A stretch of 64,000 nt of DNA from IMG/VR virus record IMGVR_UViG_3300046692_000581. One strand, written 5' to 3'. A program made the position numbers and the translations under genes. Every line of letters begins with the position of its first letter. Position 1 is the stretch's first letter. Below, one piece after another: positions 30,354-40,836 of the stretch. The stretch is from an uncultured virus (IMG/VR IMGVR_UViG_3300046692_000581) (taxonomy: Duplodnaviria > Heunggongvirae > Uroviricota > Caudoviricetes). The notes beneath the pieces were generated by a model. That model saw only the letters and a list, made by a program, of their open reading frames with translations, did not search any database and was not told the origin of the DNA.

Positions 30354-31100
30354 GTGCGGGGCCTTGTTGTTATAATATTTGGCATTCTAATCGATTTGAG
30401 TGACAAAATGTACTGTGCATACCCTGAACATCATAAAAATAAAGCTCTAGATGAATATTTTACCTCCATCCATTCTGGAAATACTGAATTCAACCATGCT
30501 GAAATGTTGTATTTATGCGGTGTCGACGTTGGAAATAATATTTTGTCAAAAAAAGCTCTGAATAAAACGAAGCCATGCAGAATTTTGACGTTGGTTGAGG
30601 ATGCTGAGCACTTTACCCGAGGTCTCTATGAGGCATTGGGAGCGGAGATTGAAGTCCAGGTTGGGGTTTACTGGGTCTATCCAAACATCATTAATCCGGA
30701 CTTCAAGGTATCCAGAATAATTCATCAATTTACAGAATGGGGGAAGATTTGCTGTGTGGATCAAGTGGTGGTTGCCAGTTCATTTGCGTTAGATCAAGAA
30801 GTTCTTCGGTCTATGATTGTCAACAATCTGGAACAGATGGATGTAAATTCGAAGTTGCTATTGGCGTCCGTTATTGTGCCAGACCAAGTTCATGATGAGC
30901 TGTTATCTGAGTTTGCTCCTGAATTGGTGAAGTCTGTCGTAACGACTCAGGTAGCTCAATTTGGTTATTTGGGAAAGAGTTGTATTGAGGCGTGGAAGAT
31001 GGCGGCTAAAAATGTGTACTCCGCTCTTGGTTTATTCTCTAACAGTGACCGGTTGGTGTATATGCCAGACTTTGTAAAGAACAGAGTCAATCAGTGTTGA
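30354..31100 (+). CDS. hypothetical protein
   Basis: ORF; true start likely MYCAY. Confidence 0.6.
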   Translation: MRGLVVIIFGILIDLSDKMYCAYPEHHKNKALDEYFTSIHSGNTEFNHAEMLYLCGVDVGNNILSKKALNKTKPCRILTLVEDAEHFTRGLYEALGAEIEVQVGVYWVYPNIINPDFKVSRIIHQFTEWGKICCVDQVVVASSFALDQEVLRSMIVNNLEQMDVNSKLLLASVIVPDQVHDELLSEFAPELVKSVVTTQVAQFGYLGKSCIEAWKMAAKNVYSALGLFSNSDRLVYMPDFVKNRVNQC

Positions 31101-31149
31101 AAGTCCCAATCAATGCAGTAAATTTGCTGCATTGATTGGAGTCTAATTA

Positions 31150-32145
31150 TTAGTAACGTTTATTCTTTAATGTGAAATAAGCTGAATTGGAAAGATACGG
31201 TTTACCATTCCAAACGCTCGTAACGTTACTGTTTCCGTCAACCGTCATGCTGGCATCTATGTGGAGAAGGCATGTAAAATCACCAGCGCTACCTGAACAC
31301 GACTGGCTTACAACTTGGGCTGGGCCAATGTGAACGTTACTGTTTCCTGAGACGCCAGAAACAAAATCAATATCAGAAAATTGAACCCCCGTCGTACTGG
31401 TAATGGTGAAATATCCAGGGGTATCAGTCTGAGTCGACCCTAAAATTCCGCTGTAGTTAATGCCAGTTACAGCGAGTGTTGCATCCTTCCATTCGTAGGG
31501 CTTTGTACCAACTGCCTGCTGAACAGCCGTAGCTCCTGTAACTTTTCGCTGGTCTCCTAGCTTTGTTTGTAGTGTCCCACCTGTCACACGAAAGCGAACA
31601 GTTTGCTGTTGCGTAATGTCACAGTTAGTCCCATTTTGTTGGAACTGAGTGCCCTGCTCTACTGTAGAGACGTCGGGACTCCAATTTTCACATGATGTGG
31701 AGAGCGGTGCCCATGCGTTTGAAAGAACGTTGATATTTCTCGAAAGTGTTCCTGTTGGTGTGCTTGCCAGCTCAGTTACAGGTACGCCAACATCACGAAA
31801 GGCTTGAGTGTTAACCTCTTGCTCCCTGGGCTGGCGTACACGAGACTTGTCCTGAAGGCAATCTGAAGAATTTTGTGCGTAAGCCCCTGCGGTAAGGCTT
31901 TTTACATCAGGAAGCCACGTTGTGCAGCTGTAAGAATCTTTTACCACAACCCAATCAGTATAAGAAGGCGTGGTTGAAACCCATTTTTCAACAGGGGCAG
32001 TGGGTTCGACGGGCTCGACTGGCTTGGTAACATGAGCTGGCACTGTCACTGATAATGGGTATGTAATTCTGTAGTTATCAGTACTCGCATTGCCCATGGA
32101 CGCGAATGCCATTAGTGACGCCAATAAACAAAATTGAAATTTCAC
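31150..32145 (-). CDS. secreted Thr/Ser-rich protein with two Cys/Trp repeats (adhesin-like)
   Basis: Signal peptide; repeats W...SC..W.PDV.....G...Q....C. Confidence 0.7.
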   Translation of the reverse strand: MKFQFCLLASLMAFASMGNASTDNYRITYPLSVTVPAHVTKPVEPVEPTAPVEKWVSTTPSYTDWVVVKDSYSCTTWLPDVKSLTAGAYAQNSSDCLQDKSRVRQPREQEVNTQAFRDVGVPVTELASTPTGTLSRNINVLSNAWAPLSTSCENWSPDVSTVEQGTQFQQNGTNCDITQQQTVRFRVTGGTLQTKLGDQRKVTGATAVQQAVGTKPYEWKDATLAVTGINYSGILGSTQTDTPGYFTITSTTGVQFSDIDFVSGVSGNSNVHIGPAQVVSQSCSGSAGDFTCLLHIDASMTVDGNSNVTSVWNGKPYLSNSAYFTLKNKRY

Positions 32146-32311
32146 AGTGTCAACTCCTTTTTCTAAAATATAGCATACATAAATTGGCTATTCTCAATTA
32201 ATAAGTCCGTCAAGTGAAATAAATTCAGATTTTTAACAAAATACTCGTTGATTAGGAAGCTATCAATTGATATTATTAAGCTTCAAAACAGTCACCATGT
32301 GAGCAATTCAA

Positions 32312-32560
32312 ATGATTCCAGCATTGTACAAAACTGAAATTCAAGGCCTTTTGGATCAGCTTCAGCCGTTGTCAAATTTCAATCACGAAGCGTCTGAGAT
32401 TTATATGGCTGGCTTGGGGTTGGTTGCTACTGTCAATGCCGCTGATCAGCACGATGAGTCCATGAAGCCTGATGAGGTGGAGGCTATCATCCATGAGCTG
32501 AAACGCTTTGAGGGGGATGCAGAGGTGTTTCTAAAGGACATAATGCACTTCAATCATTGA
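32312..32560 (+). CDS. small hypothetical protein
   Basis: ORF followed by hairpin at 32580-32600. Confidence 0.6.
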   Translation: MIPALYKTEIQGLLDQLQPLSNFNHEASEIYMAGLGLVATVNAADQHDESMKPDEVEAIIHELKRFEGDAEVFLKDIMHFNH

Positions 32561-32617
32561 TTTTGTCGCTGGTCTAAGGGAAGCCCCCACGGGGGCTTCC
32601 ATAATATCAATTAATCA

Positions 32618-32815
32618 CTATTCTTCCTGCTCGTCTTCCTCATCCTCCGCATCAAGGCCAAGTTCTTTGACCATGACTTCGTCATTGTCGAACCAGCCAT
32701 TACCGGAAAGGCCAATTTTATCATCCATAAGGATGCAGATCTCGATGCTGGCTCTCTCCGGGTCGTCGCCGAATTCGCGGATTTTGTTTAATACAGATTC
32801 TCGTAATGTGGTCAT
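32618..32815 (-). CDS. small acidic hypothetical protein
   Basis: Converges on the same hairpin. Confidence 0.6.
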   Translation of the reverse strand: MTTLRESVLNKIREFGDDPERASIEICILMDDKIGLSGNGWFDNDEVMVKELGLDAEDEEDEQEE

Positions 32816-32898
32816 TTATACGTTTCTCGATTATTAAAGCCACATTTTGCTTGATTAGAAGCCATCTCGCAACTATAATAAATGATGAATTTTGGTGG

Positions 32899-35154
32899 AT
32901 GAATCGTGTGGAACAGCTGAATGGCATCGTAGATAAGATAGTTTTTCAAATGGACACGGGGTTCATTCGCTTTATTTTGCGTGATGGAAACAAAACCTAC
33001 AATGTCGTCGGCGATAATTCTGGCATTCATGAGGCTGACGTCGTGAATTGCGAAGGTACGTTCACAGAATACAAGGGCGAATCTCAGTTTAAAGCGAAGA
33101 TAATTATCCCTCAGATTCCTGCAACGACAGAGGCAATCATCGATTTCCTGGCTTCAGGCCGAATCAAGGGTATCAAGGAAAAAATTGCGAAAAAGCTCGT
33201 AAAGGCTTTTGGCAAAGACGTTCTAAACATTATCGAGAATGAACCAGAGCGACTGAAGAAGGTTGATGGATTTGGTCCGGCAAGAATCAAGATGCTGACC
33301 GAGGGCTTGAAAGAGCAGATTGGTTATCGCAGCATCCTGATTTTTCTGCACAATTTCGGTTTGAGCAAGAAACACATCAAGCGAATTTATGAACAGTACG
33401 GTGTGAATGCCGTTGAGCGCATTCAGAAGAACCCCTACTCCCTGTGCCACGAAATTGAGGGAATTGGATTTGCTATAGCGGATAGGATCGGCATCAAGGC
33501 CGGAATGAAGCCTGATGACCCACACCGCGTTATGGCAGGTGTCTCACACTCATTGAATCTAGTGGTCAGCGCCACAGGCAGTACCGGTATTCGCCGGGAG
33601 GAGTTGTCGAAGCAAGCATTCAATTTGTTTTCAAAATCCGGGTATGGCATTAGCTCTGAATGCATTCAGGACGGGATAGACGTCCTAATCCAAAGTCCGT
33701 ACGCCAAGGTAATGCCCATAGGCGACATAGACTGCATATTTCCTTCCTACCTGCATGATGCCGAGTTGGGCATTGCGACCCACCTCAAACGACTTCAGGA
33801 TGGCTTTAAACATCGTCGTGGCAAGCAAGTGCTCAATCACATTAATTCGGCCCAAAACGCCATTGGTGTTGAATTGGCAGATGCGCAGCGCGATGCTGTG
33901 AAAATGGCTCTTTTGAATGCGGTGTCGGTTATCACGGGTGGTCCAGGTACTGGCAAGACAACCATTGTCCGGGTGATGTTGGAAGTTCTGAAGTCAGAGT
34001 ATGGTATTAAGACTGAAGACATTCTGTTGTGCGCACCTACGGGAAAGGCGGCTATGCGCTTGGCAGACTCGTCAGGACTGGAGGCGAAAACGCTGCACAG
34101 GGCGCTGAGCTACTCGCCTGATGCTGATGGCTTCCTGCACGATCAAGAGACACCATTGGAGGCCAAGGTCATTCTGATGGATGAGGCATCAATGGTGGAC
34201 ACAGAACTAAACCACTGGTTCCTCCAGGCCGTGAGGACTGGTACTCAGGTAATTATCGTTGGTGACGGAGATCAGTTGGCTTCGGTAGGCCCTGGTAAGG
34301 TGTTGAAGGACCTGATTGACAGTGACGTGCTGCCAATCACCCGATTGACCGAGATTTATCGTCAAGCGAAAGGCAGTAGAATCATTGTAAACAGCCATAT
34401 TATCAACAAGGGCGACATTCCTGACCTGAACAATGCGGACCCAAGCAATGACTTCTGGTTTATTAAGTCGAATAAAGACTCTGATATTGCTAACAAAATC
34501 ATTGCCTTGATTCCCCGGCTTGCTACGCATTACGGCTACGATCCAGTGGATGACATTCAGGTACTGACGGCAATGCGCCGTGGCTCTGTGGGGATGCTTG
34601 AACTCAATAAGCGCATACAAAAACTGCTGAACCCTAATCTAGGTACTGGCATTAAGCTGACACAGGACGGCTGCGAAGTCGAGTATTGCGTGGGCGACAA
34701 GGTTATTCATATCAAGAACAACTACAACATGGGTGTGATGAATGGTGAAGTTGGGAAAATACGCAGCGTCGATGTAAAATCAAAAAAAGTTATTGTTCTG
34801 TACGATCAGCGATTGGTGGAATATGCTTTCCCGGATTTGGAGCAAATGCGCCTCGCGTATGCAATGACTATCCATAAATCGCAGGGTTCTGAATATCCGT
34901 GTGTAATCATTCCATTTACAACTTCTCATTTTGTAATGCTGAGTCGAAATTTGTATTACACGGGAATTACACGCAGCAAGAAAAACTTTGTAGGCGTTGG
35001 TGATCCTCGGGCGCTGGAGATTGCGTCAAAAATCATTTCGTCGGACAGCCGGATAACGGGATTGAAAGAGCATCTGCGGACTATTTTTGGAAAGCCAAGC
35101 ATTAACGACAATCAGATTAGTCCTGATATTGGCGAACAAAAGATGCAAGCTTGA
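32899..35154 (+). CDS. recD2: RecD2-like ATP-dependent DNA helicase
   Basis: N-terminal OB/HhH region, GIGF.IAD, GGPGTGKTT, APTGKAA, DEASM, GDGDQLASVGPG, AYAMTIHKSQGSEY. Confidence 0.93.
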   Translation: MNRVEQLNGIVDKIVFQMDTGFIRFILRDGNKTYNVVGDNSGIHEADVVNCEGTFTEYKGESQFKAKIIIPQIPATTEAIIDFLASGRIKGIKEKIAKKLVKAFGKDVLNIIENEPERLKKVDGFGPARIKMLTEGLKEQIGYRSILIFLHNFGLSKKHIKRIYEQYGVNAVERIQKNPYSLCHEIEGIGFAIADRIGIKAGMKPDDPHRVMAGVSHSLNLVVSATGSTGIRREELSKQAFNLFSKSGYGISSECIQDGIDVLIQSPYAKVMPIGDIDCIFPSYLHDAELGIATHLKRLQDGFKHRRGKQVLNHINSAQNAIGVELADAQRDAVKMALLNAVSVITGGPGTGKTTIVRVMLEVLKSEYGIKTEDILLCAPTGKAAMRLADSSGLEAKTLHRALSYSPDADGFLHDQETPLEAKVILMDEASMVDTELNHWFLQAVRTGTQVIIVGDGDQLASVGPGKVLKDLIDSDVLPITRLTEIYRQAKGSRIIVNSHIINKGDIPDLNNADPSNDFWFIKSNKDSDIANKIIALIPRLATHYGYDPVDDIQVLTAMRRGSVGMLELNKRIQKLLNPNLGTGIKLTQDGCEVEYCVGDKVIHIKNNYNMGVMNGEVGKIRSVDVKSKKVIVLYDQRLVEYAFPDLEQMRLAYAMTIHKSQGSEYPCVIIPFTTSHFVMLSRNLYYTGITRSKKNFVGVGDPRALEIASKIISSDSRITGLKEHLRTIFGKPSINDNQISPDIGEQKMQA

Positions 35155-35169
35155 GATTTATGTTGTTGC

Positions 35170-35198
35170 CAAGCCTCTCCTCTGGAGGGGCTTTTTTA
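35170..35198 (+). terminator. intrinsic terminator
   Basis: AAGCCTCTCC-TCT-GGAGGGGCTT followed by T-tract. Confidence 0.75.
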
Positions 35199-35232
35199 TG
35201 GGCGTGGTATAATTAATAAAACTGGCACTACG

Positions 35233-36318
35233 ATGAGAGTTAATATGAAAATTACCGATGCAATAACCAATGAGTCAATTTCTCCAGGAACACCAGTGGT
35301 GGCGATAATTGTGTCGACAATTGAAAACTCAGATAAAAGGCCGGATTACTTTCTAGGGCGTAGTGAGGGAAGTGAACATAAGTTTGCATCACTACCAGTC
35401 AGGGGCATATGGAATGGATATAGCGTAACGGATGTTAAAAAAGGGACGATAATTGAAAAGCTAAACAATCAAGCCTTGCCTCTAAATTGTGCGGGATTTG
35501 ATGGAATTCAGGATCAACTGAAAATTCAATCCTTTCGAAAATTGTTTATACATAAACAGGCGTACTCACAACAACTTAAATACTCAATGATGGTTGTTCG
35601 TGAGGACACTTATGATTTGCTGCAAGGTGTTGATGCTATCAAGAATAAAGTTGGTTTGCACACACCGGAAAATGACCTTAAATCGATTGAGGTCTCGCTA
35701 GTGGACCTAACTGCAAAGATTAACGAAATCGGAGCTGATGTAGTCGACAACAATCGACGCTACACCAATATGAGCAAAGAGGCTATTAATCTGAGGGATC
35801 AATTGGAAATTGTGATTGCTGATACAACATTTAAGAGAGGGTCGCTAGACTCAGGTTCTGCACATTACTCGGCGTACAGGATCAACGCGCATATTCCACA
35901 AAATCAATATGCCTCGACTGCACTGAGCAAGGAACGATTTGAAAATTATGGAGATGGAATGGGGCTTATTTTGCAAAGTTTGACTTATGATCTTGCGGAT
36001 CATATTAATCGTCATAAATCTTTGCCTGACTATTATCCAGACTTGCAAAAATCTCTCCATGATGTGACGTTTATAACGGATGCACTGAAAGTCCTTGGTA
36101 GAGGGTTGGCGCCGTCTCGAAATGCCGATGAGGCTGTTGGTCTAAATAATTTGCAGCTTTCCAAGCAAATTCTATTTCGTGAATTGAACACTTTGACCCA
36201 AGCTGCCGCTTTGGACGCTCCAGGTGCTCCTTCTGCCGTTTCTAAGGAGATAAATGATCTCAAGAAGACATTGGCGCAAGCAGTAAGAGCACAAAATTTG
36301 AACGGCCCATCGATCTGA
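35233..36318 (+). CDS. paralogue family A, copy 1
   Basis: ITDAIT, FASLPVRGIWNG, LPDYYPDL. Confidence 0.8.
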   Translation: MRVNMKITDAITNESISPGTPVVAIIVSTIENSDKRPDYFLGRSEGSEHKFASLPVRGIWNGYSVTDVKKGTIIEKLNNQALPLNCAGFDGIQDQLKIQSFRKLFIHKQAYSQQLKYSMMVVREDTYDLLQGVDAIKNKVGLHTPENDLKSIEVSLVDLTAKINEIGADVVDNNRRYTNMSKEAINLRDQLEIVIADTTFKRGSLDSGSAHYSAYRINAHIPQNQYASTALSKERFENYGDGMGLILQSLTYDLADHINRHKSLPDYYPDLQKSLHDVTFITDALKVLGRGLAPSRNADEAVGLNNLQLSKQILFRELNTLTQAAALDAPGAPSAVSKEINDLKKTLAQAVRAQNLNGPSI

Positions 36319-36537
36319 TCAATATAGTGAGGGAGGCCATAATTGGCTTCCTCTCTTATTATTTGACAGTCGTTTACAATGCCTAAATATGTGCAAGCGG
36401 GTGATCTGTCGATGAACTTTAACCAATCAGGGCAAGGCTTCGAAGTATTTCGTGTGTGCGAAATACTCCTTCTCTGTTGCCAATTGCTGGAAAAGCGGCT
36501 TGGCGGTTGATCCCTTCTTGTGTAATTTTCTGTGTGG

Positions 36538-36855
36538 TCATTTGATTACTATATGCTCCTTTGGGAATGGTTTGTTGTGATGCTTCCGTGCCAACCGTGA
36601 TACCGTGTCCTCGTACAAAAACTTCCACTCTTGGTCGCACATGTAACAGTGGAACTCACGGGAACGCTCAGCGAAGTAGTTCGGGTAGTACACATGGTCA
36701 CGAATTGCTAGATGCGTCTCAGGGTGTGGGCATGTCTTACGGAGTTCGTACACCTTCCTCTTTGCTTCCCGTGCCAACTCTTCCAATCGCCCATGTTCAC
36801 CGTTACGAAGCAACTCCTGCCCTTCGTAGTAGTCGGGTCCACTCACTTGTGTCAT
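36538..36855 (-). CDS. small protein with CxH...CxxC (possible Zn ligand set)
   Basis: AGGAG SD; TCPH, HCYMC. Confidence 0.6.
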   Translation of the reverse strand: MTQVSGPDYYEGQELLRNGEHGRLEELAREAKRKVYELRKTCPHPETHLAIRDHVYYPNYFAERSREFHCYMCDQEWKFLYEDTVSRLARKHHNKPFPKEHIVIK

Positions 36856-37177
36856 GCCGTCTCCTTAACAAATATCTTCTGTGTCACATTGCTGATGAAG
36901 CCACCAAGCAACATGTATGTGAGGTTCTAAAATTCTGGAACTGGCATCATACCATAACAGAGCATCACTGTTAATACAGTTTGGAATATAACAGCCAGCC
37001 AGAATTTATGACTAGCGTATTTGTCTGCTGTGTCCATCATTCGCCCAGTATGTTAGTTCTTCGTCCACAGCTTCCTGTGGCGTAGTCTGAGGGAACTCGT
37101 CATCATCATCATTGCAATTATCCCAAAGGATGTCGGCTAGTTAAATGTTATAATGGATTATTTAAAGGAGAGCCTAT

Positions 37178-38242
37178 ATGGGCACGACGTGTATAAGAGA
37201 TAGCATCTCAAATGAAGTTATTAAAGAAGGCGATGAAGTAGTTTCTTTCATTTTGAGAGACCATGATGGTGGTGGTCGTAAGGCTAGGCACTTTAATCCA
37301 AACGATATCGGACAGACCTTTCAGATGGCTACATTGCCCGTTCGAGGCGTTTGGAATGGAGTCACTGTAGAGGGAGTGCCAAACACCGTTGTAGATCAGA
37401 TCAATTTATTGTCTGTCCCCGTTCTGGACTCAAGAAATCCTCCTCCTACAGCATTCAGCGATATGCAGGCGATGTTGCAAGCAGAGCCATTCCAGGATGG
37501 CAGCCGTCACGCTCTGTCAGTCATAAAGCTCGAAACGTTGGAGATGCTTCGTACCGTCGATGCAATCAAGTCAGTGGTTGGCAACAGTAGCCCTGAAACT
37601 GAGTCTTTTGCACTTAATCGGGTAGTAGGAGCTTACAAGAACAAGCAAGAGCAAATCGCTGAATTAGTGAGACAAGGCCCGCCAGAGGTCGTTGATCCCA
37701 ACACAGACGTGCTTGGTTTTAGGCGACGTGAACTGTCATCTCTGGGGAAAGTGTTTTCGTTTGAAAAATATGAATCCACCTTCCTGGGATTTAATTTGCC
37801 TTACAGTGCCAGAGCGCTCGAAAAGTATAGCGTTGATCACTTGTCCAAAACGTTGCTGGATGCAGTCTCGGACTATGCGTTTGATGCCTCAGAGTCGATT
37901 AAAAGAACAGGTCAAGTTCCAGATGGCTATGGTTCCCTGCAAAAGGCCCTTTACGATACCCGCTTCATATCGGATTCGCTCGGCATCCTTGGGTTGGATT
38001 TCTCGCCTTCCCGAACAACCAGCTTTTCACCGAACAATACTGCAACCCTTCAATTTTCCAAGGCGGTTTTGTTCAAAGAACTAAATAATCATATTGCAGA
38101 TATAAAGGAATTTGGTGCTAGTCCTGATGAGATAAGCGACTTGAAGATTGAAATTGCCAGTTTGAAAATTGAACTGGCCGTCTCTGTCCGTAAAAGCTTG
38201 GAGATCACCAACTCAACCACAGGCTTTGAGCCAAGCAACTAA
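37178..38242 (+). CDS. paralogue family A, copy 2
   Basis: IRDSIS, MATLPVRGVWNG, VPDGY. Confidence 0.8.
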   Translation: MGTTCIRDSISNEVIKEGDEVVSFILRDHDGGGRKARHFNPNDIGQTFQMATLPVRGVWNGVTVEGVPNTVVDQINLLSVPVLDSRNPPPTAFSDMQAMLQAEPFQDGSRHALSVIKLETLEMLRTVDAIKSVVGNSSPETESFALNRVVGAYKNKQEQIAELVRQGPPEVVDPNTDVLGFRRRELSSLGKVFSFEKYESTFLGFNLPYSARALEKYSVDHLSKTLLDAVSDYAFDASESIKRTGQVPDGYGSLQKALYDTRFISDSLGILGLDFSPSRTTSFSPNNTATLQFSKAVLFKELNNHIADIKEFGASPDEISDLKIEIASLKIELAVSVRKSLEITNSTTGFEPSN

Positions 38243-38253
38243 GGAATAATGAA

Positions 38254-39339
38254 ATGGGAACTTATAGTGTAAAAGATGCTGTTACTGGGCAGGACATTAA
38301 AGAGGGAGAGAAGATGATTGGAATTTTCTTGTCTCGTGATTTAACGCCCGAAAGCAATAAAAGCAAAGTGGGTATATTTGCCTATTCAAAGGAGCGTTAC
38401 AAAATGGCATCCCTGCCTATTCATGGCACGTGGAATGGAGTGACGATGACTCCAGACGATCCTAAGAGCTTTGCAGCCTTTGTGTCTCATGAATGCATCG
38501 GTGATTCTAGCAACAGCGTCCAGCAGTTGATGGAGTCTATGATTCATGACAGCCAGCGGACGTATGAAGGAAAGACTAGTAGCCATTTTGGCCAGGAGCC
38601 AGACACAATTCTTGAATATTCATTTATGGCAATGAAAGCCTCGACGCTTGACATAATAAAGGGTCTAAAAGACATTAAGCAATATTTCGGTGCACATGAT
38701 CCAGATCAAGGATTGAAGCAGATTGATGCGCTGAAAGAGCGTTTTTTTGAGGCGTTAGATGCCTATGAAGCAAAGGATTCAAATGACAAGACTGACGTAG
38801 GTGCGATGTATCGATGTATTAAATTAAGTAAATCGATTTTCTTTCAAAATTCCAATTATGAAAATGGAATTGAGGGCTTGCCAGTTCCATATGCAGCTAA
38901 GGCAATGGAAGAGCAACTGGATAACTTGTTTGACAAACGAGTCTACGAATATTTCCAGCAGTGCGGTGTTGGTGAGTTTGACGGTTATGATTATCTAAAA
39001 GCAAATCGTGATTTGCCAGATTATTATCCTGACATGTTTAAGAGTGTCCATGAAGCGCAATTCATCTTCGACAGTATGGAGTTTCTTGATATTCCCATGC
39101 AGCCAACCATCACGATGGGGGGAAGTTATCGCTCAACGGCTAAGCTGGAATTAATGACGACACTCCTGGATCAAGAAGTGAGTCGCTATATAGAACGTTG
39201 CAGCGATAACATGGACATGGAAGAAGTCAAAAAAATTGACGCTGTCTTAAGTCCAGTTAAATCAGTTGTTGCAGGCCTGCTGCGCAAGCGTAATGATTTT
39301 GAACAAGAAGTTAAAGAGTTTGACCTCGACAACGATTAA
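38254..39339 (+). CDS. paralogue family A, copy 3
   Basis: VKDAVT, MASLPIHGTWNG, LPDYYPDM. Confidence 0.8.
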   Translation: MGTYSVKDAVTGQDIKEGEKMIGIFLSRDLTPESNKSKVGIFAYSKERYKMASLPIHGTWNGVTMTPDDPKSFAAFVSHECIGDSSNSVQQLMESMIHDSQRTYEGKTSSHFGQEPDTILEYSFMAMKASTLDIIKGLKDIKQYFGAHDPDQGLKQIDALKERFFEALDAYEAKDSNDKTDVGAMYRCIKLSKSIFFQNSNYENGIEGLPVPYAAKAMEEQLDNLFDKRVYEYFQQCGVGEFDGYDYLKANRDLPDYYPDMFKSVHEAQFIFDSMEFLDIPMQPTITMGGSYRSTAKLELMTTLLDQEVSRYIERCSDNMDMEEVKKIDAVLSPVKSVVAGLLRKRNDFEQEVKEFDLDND

Positions 39340-39354
39340 TAGAAGGAAGGCAAG

Positions 39355-40395
39355 ATGGCAGTTATAATTGATTCTGTAACAAAGCAGGAAATTAAAGATG
39401 ATACTCCCGTTGTCCTCATTTTGTTGGTCAATGGATCCTCACAAAACAACGATATCGGTTTGATGGCTAGGCCTTCGGAGCGCATGAAGATGGCAAGCCT
39501 GCCTATTCACGGCACATGGACTGATGTGGGCTTTGAGGTCAGGGACGAAAACTCAGTAGCGGTCCAGTCTGTTTTGAGGGCATTCGATAAGGATGGTCAG
39601 AATTTTTCTGACCTTTTAGCATCGTTATGGTCGGACTCTACCTTAAATGTTGAAAAGCCATCTTGGAACTGCTCGAACAAAAAAGAATATGCAATATTTG
39701 TTACGAAGGAAGACAGCCTGCTTAAAGTGGCCAACACTACCAGTGTGATGAAATATGTCGGTAAGCACGATGTGAATGCTGATTTTGAGTTAATAAAGTC
39801 TTTCACGGACAAATATTCAGCGGCAGTAAAGGCATTTGATGAAATTCGTGCGGTAGGCGGCGATGAGTTTGAGACTTATGATCAGAAAAGGGAGCTATTG
39901 AAGGTTTTGCAGCTTGCATACACAGGAAGATTGGAGCCGGACGATGGTGATCGAGTACCTTACGCAGCAAAGTCCTTGGCCCGCTCAAGCGAAACACCAT
40001 TTTCAACTGAACTGTTAAAGACCCTGGGCGGTGATCATTACTTGGGGCCACACGGTGTTTTGAGTCCTTTGACTTTTGACGACAACCCGGTGCTTCCTGA
40101 TTTTTACGAGGAGTTGTTCAGGTCTGCACATGAGGGCGTCTCTATTTTTCATTCATTAAACGTGCTTGATATTCCGATGGCTCCGGCAATGTTTGCTCAG
40201 TCTGGCTTTCGAGACACATCTAAAATGGAGCTGTTGGGGCAGGTGTTGGCCGAATGCATTCGTGAGCATGTCCAAGAGTGCAGGTCTTACAGTGATGATC
40301 CAGTGAAGGAAATTGATAGGTTGATTTCTCCACTTAAATCTTGTGTGGCTGATGCTCTCAGGGAGCGAAACAGCATTCCGAATCTGGAACGATAA
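39355..40395 (+). CDS. paralogue family A, copy 4
   Basis: IIDSVT, MASLPIHGTW, LPDFYEEL. Confidence 0.8.
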   Translation: MAVIIDSVTKQEIKDDTPVVLILLVNGSSQNNDIGLMARPSERMKMASLPIHGTWTDVGFEVRDENSVAVQSVLRAFDKDGQNFSDLLASLWSDSTLNVEKPSWNCSNKKEYAIFVTKEDSLLKVANTTSVMKYVGKHDVNADFELIKSFTDKYSAAVKAFDEIRAVGGDEFETYDQKRELLKVLQLAYTGRLEPDDGDRVPYAAKSLARSSETPFSTELLKTLGGDHYLGPHGVLSPLTFDDNPVLPDFYEELFRSAHEGVSIFHSLNVLDIPMAPAMFAQSGFRDTSKMELLGQVLAECIREHVQECRSYSDDPVKEIDRLISPLKSCVADALRERNSIPNLER

Positions 40396-40510
40396 TGAGT
40401 GCCCGTACAAAATCATTCGTAAAGATGTTACACAAAATGCTCGGGCCTTGGCCCGAGTTTTTATGATCTCTTTCTGATAATTACTCACATTTTTGTGCGC
40501 TCATCGGCAT

Positions 40511-40753
40511 TTATGCGGTAAAAAACAGAGCGGCGATAAGTGCTGCAAGCCCGTCAATAATCAACAAAATGAGAAAGCATTTTCTGACTTTTCGCAGAGT
40601 CTTCAGTGATTGCTCATTGTGATTTGTCATGTTCATGTAATCATCTTGTGCCAAGAACGTCATGTTCAAGCAGACGAACATCAACACCATAATAATGAGT
40701 GGCATTGCGATTATGAAGGGTTCCATGATGATTCCTGGATCTGTGATCTGCAT
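40511..40753 (-). CDS. small 2-TM membrane protein
   Basis: Two hydrophobic segments. Confidence 0.55.
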   Translation of the reverse strand: MQITDPGIIMEPFIIAMPLIIMVLMFVCLNMTFLAQDDYMNMTNHNEQSLKTLRKVRKCFLILLIIDGLAALIAALFFTA

Positions 40754-40773
40754 AAACCATACACTTTACAGTG

Positions 40774-40800
40774 ACCAATGTCAAACACACTGACATTGGT
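40774..40800. promoter_or_regulatory. operator-like inverted repeat
   Basis: ACCAATGTCA-N7-TGACATTGGT; overlaps a minus-strand TTGACA. Confidence 0.55.
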
Positions 40801-40836
40801 ATTTGGGCGAGATTCCCCGCCCAAATATTATAGATA

